From Macrostomum lignano (taxonomy: Eukaryota): a stretch of 64,000 nucleotides of DNA. A program made the position numbers and the translations under genes. This document shows, piece after piece, positions 22,683 to 33,364 of this stretch. Every line of letters starts with the position of its first letter. Positions within the stretch are counted from its first letter, which is position 1. Location: NCBI GenBank assembly GCA_002269645.1, contig NIVC01001500.1, positions 62,001 through 126,000 of the forward strand, written 5' to 3'. Under the pieces are notes generated by a model. It was not told the origin of the DNA and searched no databases. It saw only the letters and a program-made list of their open reading frames with translations.

Positions 22683-24761
22683 TCAGCCAATAAAACCTGG
22701 AGCGCTTCGTTCGAGCCGCCGTTGCTGCTCCCGCAGCAGGTATTGGATTGTGGCTTCGTCCATGGGGATGTACTCGCCGAATGTGGGAATTCCTGACAAC
22801 GAAGAGGACAATCGCTTCTTGTAGGTGGGCATCATTTTTAATTCTTCTACGTCATAGTTCCCGTTGTCAGGGTAAAAGACGTCAGAGTCGGTCTCCTGTT
22901 GACGAACTGAAAAGGCCTCGGTTGTCGGCAGTTGAAGGCAGTGAAGTGTCGCGACGACCAGCAGCAGTGCTGCGGCGAATGGCGCTGCCGGGGGGTTGTA
23001 AACATAGATAGGAGCATTGGCTATTTTGACCAATTAATTATTAATTAATTAAAGATACGGGGATGAGGAGTAAGGTGAATGTGAAGTGGGGGTGGCCGCG
23101 GAGAGAGGTGGCTGCAGAGTGGGGTTAGCCGCGGAGTGGAGTGGCTGCGGAGTGAGGTGGCTGCGGAGTGAGGTGGCTGCGGAGTGGAGTGGCTGCGGAG
23201 CGGGGCTGCGGGTGGCTGCAGAGTGGTGGGGTTGGCCGCGGAGCGGGGTGGCTGCGGAGTGGGGTGGCTGCGGAGCGGGGCTGCGGGTGGCTGCGGAGTG
23301 AGGTGGCCGCGGAGCGGGGTGGCTGCGGAGTGAGGTGGCTGCGGAGTGAGGTGGTCGTGGAGTGGGGCCGGCCGCGAAGCGGGGTGGCTGCGGAGAAAAT
23401 TGGGTGATGGAGCGCGAACGATTGAAACTAAGGTATATTTGAGCTCTACTGGTAGATTGAGAGAATTAATTATTGATGATCCTTGATATGGATAAAAAAG
23501 TGGATTCTGGCTGGCTCACTTCTTTTACTCTCAGGCTTACTAGTAGACAATTCTCTAGTTACGCTCTAGAGCTTTGAAATATTTTGCCTGAATTTATCAC
23601 CTAGCAAAGCAATCAGTCAAGCTGGCGCTTGCTCTACCAGCGTATTTGTCATTAACCTCGCTCACGATCGCTCAGAATGCAATCAAGCAAAAAAATGTAG
23701 TATGAAGGGAATTGAAAAAATATATATTAATTACTATATTTGTAATACGAGCTGCAAGGTAAAAATTTGTATTCACACAGAATTTTAAAATAGATCTTAA
23801 TGTTAAGCCAGAAAGGCGCTCAGTGAGAGGCCAGAGAGGCACTCAGTGAGATGCCATAGAGACACTCAGTGAGAGGCCAGAGAGGCACTCAGTGAGAGGC
23901 CAGAGAGGCACTCAATGTGAGGCCAGAGAGGCACTCAGTGAGAGGCCATAGAGGCACTCAGTGAGAGGCCATAGAGACACTCAGTGAGAGGCCATAGAGG
24001 CACTCAGTGAGAGGCCATAGAGGCACTCAGTGAGAGGCCAGAGAGGCACTCAGTGAGAGGCCATAGAGGCACTCAGTGAGAGGCCATACGCTCGTAGAGG
24101 CACTCAGTGAGAGGCCATAGAGACACTCAGTGAGATGCCATAGAGGCACTCAGTGAGATGCCATAGAGGCACTCAGTGAGAGGCCATAGAGGCACTCAGT
24201 GAGAGGCCATAGAGACACTCAGTGAGAGGCCATAGAGGCAACTCAGCGAGAGAGTAAAACTATTGCCCTCAATTGACCCCGGTGCTGAAATACAGCCTCA
24301 TCAATGTCAACGCCAATCACATTAACAATTTCGTAGAGACGGCGGGCAAGTCAACATCAGTTTAGACGAATTGGTTCTGGCAATTGATGCGGTGACTCTT
24401 CAGGGAGCCTGGGGGGGGGGGAGGGCAGCCGTCAGCGCGGTCAGCTGCCCACGCACAGAAATTCAGCAAATTTGGTCACACAGGGCTTGTTGCCTTTTCA
24501 ACGATAAGAGAAGTGTCTATTTCTGCTGAATTAAATAAATACTGATTAACTGACTGAAGTCTATTCTCATCTGATAGATGCAATATACGCTCTTATGCTA
24601 CTTTCTTGATGAGGAAACCTCAGTGGAGAAGAAAAACATGATTGAGATTAGCGGTGGATTAGAAAAGATTATAGAAGAATAAGGAAATTGAAAAAAAGTT
24701 AAAAAATATAACGCTTTGACAAGGAAAGCAGGAGGGGTTCACAAATCCCAGACAGATTGAC

Positions 24762-24806
<45 letters not shown>

Positions 24807-24977
24807 TACAGACATCCACTAAGACAGACAGACAGACAGACAGACATACACTAAGACATACAGACAGACAGACAGACAGACATACACTAAGACAGACAGA
24901 CAGACAGACATACACTAAGACAGACAGACAGACAGACAGACATACACTAAGACAGACAGACAGACAGACATACACTA

Positions 24978-25022
<45 letters not shown>

Positions 25023-25136
25023 CACAGACAGACACACAGACAGACAGACAGACAAACAGACACTAAGACAGACACTAAGACAGACTGACAGACACGGACT
25101 GAACTCACCGCACGATTGCCGTAACCCAAATCTCAT
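22683..25136 (-). CDS. Putative neuropeptide prohormone, 109 aa. Exons 25136-25109 and 22984-22683
   Basis: The ORF-track start is TTG. ATG exon [10 protein letters not shown]|gtgagt (donor 25108) joins ggcag|CG (22984) in phase, giving [33 protein letters not shown] (signal-peptide-like), an acidic spacer, KKR, then 41 aa plus terminal Gly and stop (amidation signal). Confidence 0.75.
23085..23395. repeat. G-rich minisatellite (GGGGTGGCTGCGGAGT)
   Basis: Tandem degenerate copies in the prohormone intron. Confidence 0.9.
23815..24245. repeat. About 22-bp minisatellite (GAGGCACTCAGTGAGAGGCCATA)
   Basis: Tandem array. Confidence 0.93.
24760..25095. repeat. (GACA)n with CACTAA interruptions
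   Basis: Abuts the prohormone exon 1 donor. Confidence 0.93.
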
Positions 25137-25255
25137 TGGCAAGCAGCAGAGTTATTAATTTCAACGGTTCTGCAGTTTGTGAGGCCACCTTTATTAGCCA
25201 ATCGCTCCCAATTTCTGCAAGCAAAGCAGACGCTGCTGCAGGCGGCCAATGCTGC

Positions 25256-25323
25256 TTATATAAAGTACAATCATTATTCAGCAAATTTTTTGGTCCGCAG
25301 CCAATGGCGGTTCGATAGCCAAT
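25256..25323 (-). promoter_or_regulatory. Candidate TATA box and CCAAT boxes of the prohormone gene
   Basis: TATATAA on the minus strand at 25262-25256, about 120 nt upstream of ATG 25136; CCAAT motifs at 25301 and 25319. Confidence 0.5.
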
Positions 25324-25634
25324 CAAGCTGGGCTTGCAGGTGAATTTCATAATTTCATAATATCGTCTTACCGGAGGCTTAGCAGTGGTTGCTATTGGCA
25401 ACAAACGAGCTGTCCCACCTTCTCCGTGTCTGCAGCATATGATAGATGTCTTTGTAAATTGATTTGATGTTAAGATGGCGGTGGCAGTGGATACTGTACA
25501 GTATAATGTTTTAAAAAATCGAAAAGATCATTGCAAATATACTGAAAGCAAATTCTGAAGCTGACGGAAACAGCCGATAAAAACAACAAAAAAATAAAAA
25601 CAGTAAAAATAGGTAAAAAAAACCACCATGGCCA

Positions 25635-26509
25635 AAAGCAACAACAACAACAACAGCAAAAATCCCAGTGACAAAACAACAACAACAACAGGAACAATCC
25701 CAGTGACAACACAACAACAACAACAGGAAAAATCCCAGTGACAAAACAACAACAACAACAGGAACAATCCCAGTGACAAAACAGCAACAACAACAGGAAC
25801 AATCCCAGTGACAAAACAACAACAACAACAGGAACAATCCCAGTGACAAAACAACAACAACAACAGGAACAATCCCAGTGACAAAACAGCAACAACAACA
25901 GGAACAATCCCAGTGACAAAACAGCAACAACAACAGGAACAATCCCAGTGACAAAACAACAACAACAACAGGAACAATCCCAGTGACAAAACAGCAACAA
26001 CAACAGGAACAATCCCAGTGACAAAACAACAACAACAACAGGAACAATCCCAGTGACAAAACAACAACAACAACAGGAACAATCCCAGTGACAAAACAGC
26101 AACAACAACAGGAACAATCCCAGTGACAAAACAACAACAACAACAGGAACAATCCCAGTGACAAAACAACAACAACAACAGGAACAATCCCAGTGACAAA
26201 ACAGCAACAACAACAGGAACAATCCCAGTGACAAAACAGCAACAACAACAGGAACAATCCCAGTGACAAAACAACAACAACAACAGGAACAATCCCAGTG
26301 ACAAAACAGCAACAACAACAGGAACAATCCCAGTGACAAAACAACAACAACAACAGGAACAATCCCAGTGACAAAACAGCAACAACAACAGGAACAATCC
26401 CAGTGACAAAACAGCAACAACAACAGGAACAATCCCAATGACAAAACAACGACAACAACAACAACAACAGCAACAATCCCAATGACAAAACAATAACAAC
26501 AGCAACAGC

Positions 26510-26550
<41 letters not shown>

Positions 26551-26589
26551 AAACAGCAACAATCCCAATGACAAAACAATAACAACAGC

Positions 26590-26621
<32 letters not shown>

Positions 26622-26745
26622 AAACAAAAACAACAATCACAATGACGAAACAGCAGCAACAATCCCAATGACAAAACAACAACAACAACAACAACAACAA
26701 ATATCAAGTATCAACAAATATCACAAATATCAACAACAACAACAG
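25635..26745. repeat. 33-bp CAA-rich minisatellite (CAACAACAACAGGAACAATCCCAGTGACAAAA) grading into (CAA)n
   Basis: More than 20 copies; related units recur at about 27385-27543, 27793-27893 and 32507-32590. Confidence 0.96.
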
Positions 26746-27382
26746 CTTGACCTTGTCGAAGAACAGAGACCTAATCATCTTGACCGACAGTAAGTCCGCC
26801 GTCGTGGCCACTGCGAATGAGAGTTACCAGAACGGGAGCCAATTCAGATTGATCGGCAGACTCAGGAAGGCGAGCGAGTGGTGTAGCATCTCGATACAAT
26901 GGATCCCCGGCCACTGTGGCATCAAGAGTAATGAGAGGGCTGACGAGCCGGCTAAGCAGGCCGCGCAGTTGCCCCAAGGGCAGACGGCTGTCGAGGACGA
27001 GGCGTTGCTCAGGCACTTGAAGCACCGGTGGAGGCCCAGCATAAATGACGCCCGTCTGAGATCAGTGTACGGAGGTGCGATCGAACGCGTCGACTGTGGC
27101 AGAAAAGTGGCTACCATCTTATCGCAGCTTTGATCGGGCCACTGTAAGCTCGCCAAGTATTGGAGACAGAAGGTGGGTCTGGAAGGCGAAGGTGTTTGCG
27201 AGCTATGCGGAGAAATGGAAGATAAAGATCACTGGTGGAAGTGCGCGCGTTGGGATGGTCTCCGTCAGCGTATCGGTTTGATGGAGTTGGAAGACCTCAG
27301 GAAGGAGAACATGGTTCCTAAGAGGTTCCTAAGGGCGGCCCACCCGCAGTGGATTGCCTGATGGTACGGGGCCGAGGACACA
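26746..27382 (+). mobile_element. I-group LINE 3' fragment A (RNase H to 3' end), decayed
   Basis: LTDSKSAV, IQWIPGHCGIKSNERAD, LSQL*SGHC, CELC...HWWKC; flanked by CAA repeats on both sides. Confidence 0.85.
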
Positions 27383-27543
27383 CACAACAACAACAGCAAC
27401 AACAATCCTAATGACAAAAAATAACAAAACAATAACAACAGCAAAAATTCCATTGATTAAACAACAACAGCCCCATTGATAAATCAACAACAACAGCAAA
27501 AATTCCATTGATTAAACAACAACAACAACAACAACATCAGCAA

Positions 27544-27657
27544 CACCCCCTGGGATTTACTCCCAGCCTGCTGGGTAATCAGCAGGCCCTATCCGGCGCC
27601 GCGTCTTTGTCGCGGGGGGGAGGCAACGCCCGTTCTTCGGGCGGCGAAGAGCGCCGG
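27544..27657 (+). ncRNA. HDV-like self-cleaving ribozyme (predicted by manual folding)
   Basis: P1 27544-27550/27614-27620 (6 of 7 bp); P2 CCGGCGC 27593-27599/GCGCCGG 27651-27657; P3 GCG/CGC around L3 TCTTTGT; P1.1 C27605-G27622 and T27606-A27621; GCAA; P4 CGCCCG/CGGGCG; J4/2 GCGAA with catalytic C at 27645. Confidence 0.75.
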
Positions 27658-27792
27658 AAATCGGTCACCGCTCCTGGCTCAGGGGCGGTGGATGTGGCTC
27701 GGTCCGGCCCTCTGTGCTCAGCCTTTGTCGCTGGCTCTGTCAGCGGTAGGGGTTTGGTACCTGGTCCGGTTATTCCGAGCTCGGTCCGCAGT
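27544..27792 (+). mobile_element. Short non-autonomous retroelement B with 5' HDV-like ribozyme and (CAA)n 3' flank
   Basis: 249 bp GC-rich, hairpin-rich segment with no recognisable protein motif, embedded in CAA repeats. Ends TCCGCAGT(CAA)n, like LINE D TCCGCACT(CAA)n. Confidence 0.7.
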
Positions 27793-27893
27793 CAACAACA
27801 ACAACATCAGCAACAATCTCAATGACAAAACAACAACAACAACAACAGCAACAATCTCAATGACAAAACAACAACAACAACAACAGCAACAAT

Positions 27894-28450
27894 TCCGGGC
27901 AGCCGCCGCCGAGGCCGGCATTGCGTGAGCCCGCGAGTGCTCCGTCATCGCCTGGACGGACGGCTCCGCTGAGGAGGGTACCAGCAACGGGGCGGCGCCG
28001 CCGTCATCGAGTTCAGGGACGGTCGCCCCGCGGTCACCGTCCGCGCCGCGGCCGGTGCTCTGTGCAGCAGCTTCCAGGCCGAACTTGTCACGATCCAGAC
28101 CGCCCTGTCCTACTGCCTCCGTGAGGGCCCGGCCCTGCCCCGCAGCATGGCGGTTCTCACTGACAGCCTCAGCGCTCTGACCGCCCTGGAGCAGGGGCCC
28201 GCCCGCCAGTCTACCGCTACCGGTGCGACCTGCTGGCAGCTCATCGCCGGCTCCTCCGGCCGCACTGATTTTCTTTTCTGCTGGGTCCCCGGGCACGCCG
28301 GCATCGATGGCAACACCGCCGCGGGCCTTGCGGCCGCCGAAGCCGCCACTCTCGCGCAAGCGCACAACAGCAACAATCCTATCGTGCACGTGCCTATCAG
28401 CATTAGCTCGGCCCGCGCCGCCATCCGCCGCGATCGCCGCGTCCTCGACG
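27894..28450 (+). mobile_element. I-group LINE RNase H fragment C, decayed
   Basis: WTDGSAEEG / GGAA..AAGALCSSFQAEL..TDSLSAL..WVPGHAGIDGN; TGA at about 27927 and a frameshift at about 27990; the last catalytic Asp is replaced by Gly. Confidence 0.85.
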
Positions 28451-28459
28451 CCCGCATTC

Positions 28460-31400
28460 TCGGCCCACAACGAAATGCACGCGGACGGAAAGAAGGACCT
28501 GCCAATAACAAGGGCCTCAAGGTCCTGCAATGGAATGCGGACGGCATCCGAAACAAAATGGGAGAACTGGAGGAGCTGGTCCAACGCCTCAAAGTTGATG
28601 TTGTCATGATCCAAGAATCTAAGCTTGACCCCGTCTCCCGCACGCCAAAGATCCCCGGCTTTACCACCGTGAGAAAAGACCGACGAACGCTACGTTCCAG
28701 CGAGATGTACAAGGGAGGAGGCCTCCTCACGTTCATCCGCCAAGAAACCCCCTTCCGGCGGCTCAAAGGCTGGAGTGGGGGCACGGTGAAAGGCTGCCGC
28801 ATCGTGATCAACCTTAGCGCCAAACAGCGTCTCGTGCTCACTAACATCTACCGGCCGCCCATCAGGCGCAGTGCTGGCGCCGACTGCCGGGAGCACCCGG
28901 ACATCGATCTCTGGCTGAAGCCGCACCAGTGCGAGATTATTGCTGGCGACTTTAATATCCATCACACGACCTGGGGTAGTCTGCCTGGCCAGGGGCCGAG
29001 GGCGCCGAACAAGCCAAAGCCCTGCTGGAGTGGTGTGACAGTAATGGGTATTGTGTCCTCAACTCGGGCTCCCTCAACCTGTCTCGATCGCCGCGACGGT
29101 GGAGAGAGTGCCCCCGACATCAGCCTCGCTAGCGCTTGGCCTCGACGACCTCTGCTCGTGGAGGCCCTTGACGAACTGGGCTCTGCCCACAAACCCATTC
29201 TCATCACTGTGGATGGCGACCGCGCTAGCACCGACCAGAAGATTTGTCTCGCCTGGGCCTGGCAGAAAGCTGACTGGAACAGCTACCAGGCCCAGCTCGA
29301 AGACGATAGCAATGAGCTCAACAACGGCACTGTCAAGCAGCAAATCCAACGCCTCTGCTTTCGTATGAGTAAGGCGGCCAAAGCTTGCATTCCCATGAAG
29401 CGCGTCTCCTCCAAAAACAAGCCCTACTGGGATTCGGAGCTCTCTAGTCTTCGGGACGAAAGAAACAGACTCAGATCCCGTGGCGGTGACCCGGACGAGT
29501 GGAAGCGCAAGAATGCCGAGCTCAACAGGGCCTGCGCGGAGAAAAAAGCCGCCTTCTGGCAGGAATTTGTGCAGGACCTGTCTAGTTCCTCTGACATCAA
29601 AAAAATGTGGCGTACCATTAAAACCCTAAGTGCTGGAGAGCAACCGACCGCGAAGAACGAAATCCTAGTGGCGGACGGAAAGGAGTGCAGCTCGGATCGC
29701 GACAAAGCAAATGCTTTTGGCCGACACTACGCCAAGATCAGCACCCTCAAGCATGACGCCGCTGACCGCGCCTTCAAAGTTAGCACTGCGAAGCCTTTGA
29801 ATAAGTATCCCACGGGGACCTCCGAGTACGATTGCGCCCTCACCATGGAAGAACTCAAACGAGTCATCTCACACCCCGACGTCACCAAAAAAGCCGGCCC
29901 CGACGGCATCGAAGCGGCTTTCTTCAGACACCTGCCGGACTCGTGGCTCACGGCCTGGCTCACGGTCTTTAATCGGTGCTGGTCCCTAGGGCACTGCCCG
30001 GGAGTCTGGAAGAAGGCGGTTATCGTCCCACTTTTGAAAGAGGGCAAAGACCCAGCCAACTGCAGCAGCTTCCGGCCTGTTAGTCTCACTTCCATCTGTG
30101 TTAAAATCATGGAGCGCATTGTGATGGACCGGCTCATGCACTGGATCGAACTCAACAACACGCTGCAACCGTGGCAAGCTGGTTTTCAGAGAGGGCGTAG
30201 CTGCGAAGAACAAGTGGCGCGTCTGGTCCAGGAAATCCAAGACCACTGGGAACAACGCCCGCCTCGCAAACGATCGCTGTCACCCTTGACTGCTCCCGCG
30301 CCTTCGACCGGGTCTGGCGTACCCGCCTCCTTGCCCGTCTCATGGATGAGGGAGTCCCGGGTCGCATGGTGCACTGGTTTGCCAGCTTCCTGGAGGGGCG
30401 CCAGATTGCCGTCCGCGTGGGCGATACGATTGGCAAATGGAGGCCGCTTAAGGAGGGGGTGCCGCAGGGGGCAGTGTGCTCGCCGGTGCTCTTCCTCCTG
30501 TACATCAATGACTGGGCGGACTCCCTGGTCCCAGATGTCAACTACGCCGGCTTTGCTGACGACCTGGGCGTCTGGGCCTCGGGCAACAACATCCAGCAGA
30601 TTGCGGAGCGCCTTCAACTGGCCATCGATCGCATCGACGCCTGGGCCACAGATCTCCGTATCGATCTCAATCCCCTCAAAACTGAATGCTGGATCTTCTC
30701 GAGAGACCGCAGGGACCGCGACCGTACCCTCAACCTGTGCATCCGAGGCCAGCAACTCCCAACCAGGCAGGAGCTGCTCTACCTGGGTGCCTGGATCGAC
30801 AGCGGCCTGCTCTTCAAGCGGCAGTCCGACGAAGTTGCCGCCAAACTGCGCCGTCGTTGTGCTGTCCTGCGTGCACTGTCGCATCGCGAATGGGGGTGGG
30901 ACCGCGCCACGCTTAGGACGGTGTATAAAGCCGTGGTGGAGTCTGTGGTTTGGCATGCGGCTGTAGCCTGGATGCCCTGGCTCTCCCAGACTCGCCTCAA
31001 TGACCTGGACAGAGCCCAAAAAGTGGCTCTGAGACTTGTCTCTGGTCTACCAAGCTCGACTCCTAGCGTGGCCATCTACCGTGAGGCCGATTGTGTGCCC
31101 ATCAGCCTGGAGGCCAAACGACGAGCGCTGGTCGCCGTCGAAAAGGCGCTCCGGCGGTCCGAGGCGGACCCCTGGAGGTCCAGGTGTGAACTCAGGACCC
31201 CCACCCGGCTCAAAGCCAACCGTGGCCTCCGCGAACAAGCTCACTCAGTGCTCAACGAGATCCTCCCACACAGCCGTCTCCCGGAAGCCTGGGTCAGAGC
31301 CCCGCCGTGGGACACGCTCAGCGGCTCGGACCGGCTGAGGCTCTATCCGTAACTGGTGAGACCGCTCCGTAAATCCGACAGTCAGATCACCCGCGATCCG

Positions 31401-32506
31401 ATCATCGCCGACACCTTCCGAGAACGCCTGCCCAGTACCTGCTACTTCACGGACGGCTCCGCTTCGGGTGGCACCGCCAACGGCGGCGCCGCCTGGATCC
31501 TGTTTGACCAGGGGCCTTTTCATATTACCAATTCCAGAACCAAAATCGGTTCGGAATTCCAAGAAAAACAGCAGTATAACTATTTAACTCTGTTAATATT
31601 TGACTGCCTTAACAACCTAACTTAGCACAATTTTTCACTTTCTTCTTGGCGATTGTCATTCAATAATAAAAACGTTATAGCACGTATCTCCCTCTAGTTA
31701 TGGAGACAAAAAGTTATACTTCACAAATTGGTTCTGGTTCTGGAACCAGAACAAGCAATATGAAAAGGCCCCAGGAGACGGGCACGATCATCCAGGGCGG
31801 CTACTCTGCAGCGGGCAGATGGTGCAGCTCCTTCGAAACCGAGCTCCGCGCGCTCCGAGATGCCGTCGTGGATGTCATCCAGCAGGACGTTGACACCGCC
31901 GCCCTCCTCACCGATAGCCAGGCGGCCGTCAGAGCTCTGATAGCCGACCGGCCCACCACTAACGCGCTACTCGAAGACCTGAAGGCCCTTCTTCGGCAAG
32001 CAGCTGGCCGTTGCGTTCTCACGATCCAGTGGATTCCCGGCCATGCTGGCGTGGCTGGTAACGAGTTCGTCGATCGCGAGGCCAAAGCCGCAGCTCTTCT
32101 GGATCAAGCCCAAGTGGCCATCTCGCTCGAAGCAGCCAAGCGGTTTATCTACCGCCGTCTCGAGTACCTTCCGGACCTGACCGGCCATCTGAAGGAGACT
32201 TACCAAGGACGCATCACGCACCATAACGGCAGCCGGCGTGAGCAAGTCCTCGTTGCGCAGATGAGAGCTGGACACTGCCCCTCCTCGGCCTATTACGCTA
32301 AGCGCATCGGCAAAGCTCAGCTGGCCGAGTGCAGGCTTTGCGGGCTCGAGGTAGACCAATTCCACCTGGTCCACTGCCCTGCGATCGATGTCGCCCGAAG
32401 ACAGAACAACATTTGCGATCTGAAAGACCTAGCCGATGGGAACCTGGTGGCGCGGCTCCTGGAGTGGATCGAATGGACCCCGCTCTAGGCGGCTGCACTC
32501 CGCACT
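28460..32506 (+). mobile_element. Near full-length Ingi-like (I group) non-LTR retrotransposon D: APE endonuclease, RT, RNase H, C-terminal Cys/His motif; disrupted
   Basis: EN: VLQWNADG, IQESKL, GGGL, GDFNIHH, PDISLA, SAHKPI. RT: GPDGI, FRPVSLTS, QAGF, GVPQGAVCSP, FADD, YLG. RNH: FTDGS, TEL, TDSQ, WIPGHAGVAGNEFVD. Also QMRAGHC and CRLC..H..C. Frameshift at about 30268, TAA at 31350, MITE insertion 31512-31771; 3' end in (CAA)n. Confidence 0.92.
31512..31771. mobile_element. PIF/Harbinger-type MITE, 260 bp
   Basis: Perfect 15-bp TIRs GGGCCTTTTCATATT (31512-31526) and AATATGAAAAGGCCC (31757-31771); CAG duplicated on both sides. Removal restores the LINE frame (WILFDQ-ETGTIIQ). Confidence 0.85.
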
Positions 32507-33364
32507 CAACAACAACAACAACAACAACAGCAACAATCCCAATGACAAAACAACAACAACAACAACAGCAACAATCGCAATGACAACAAACTGCAACAAA
32601 TAATCAACAATATAAAATTTGGACAATCTATAAAAGCACGGGCTAAAAGCTCTTACTCATGCTACTATACATTAAATAGGAAGTTAGTCCAGCTTTCACG
32701 GAAATCTGTAGTTTCCAACAGCCTATCCGGGAAAAGATATAAATTCTATAAATATTCATCATTCTATCAGCTATAAAAAAGTGCAAACTGACTGACCCAA
32801 CCACAGGCAGATCCCCAACCTCAAAGTTTCAGGCGAATCTCGAAATTTCTCCAACCCGCTGTGTCTCTGCGTGTGTGCTCTCCTCATTCTCTCATCCCAC
32901 TGGCACATTTGTCTCACTCATGGATGGAGGCCCTCGACTGTCACCAGAGGCTGGGGGAGGGCTGTGCTTCAAGCTCTCTTATGCTCTCCCCTAGGGGATA
33001 TAGTGGAGCAGCAGTGGAAAAAAAATTAAAGAGAAATTCTAGGGAATGAAGGCTCTTTGGAAGCGCCACTGTGGCACACACAGGGTGAGCCATGGCTATG
33101 ACGGCAATGACTGTGATGAGATTTCAGAGACGGACAAAGATTGCGAGTCTCTACGGGCCTCATCTATTTGCAGAATAATACTATATCTACAGATTTTATA
33201 TTGGTGTTGTACATGTAAATGAGAGGGCAATAGAATGTTTGTCATACAGATGTGTGCCTGCCACATGAACTATTCATCACACGACATCGCAAAACAAAAT
33301 CTATTATCTAAGTCGACTCTAGAGGCTCTGATGTTCTTTTTCTGGGCAAATCCCAGTTTCTTGT

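Noticed and set aside
22765-22790. GC-AG donor (G|GCGAGT) that would end a short [12 protein letters not shown] peptide
   Set aside because: No downstream acceptor or exon identified; the uninterrupted frame already ends in Gly-stop. Cannot be excluded without RNA data.
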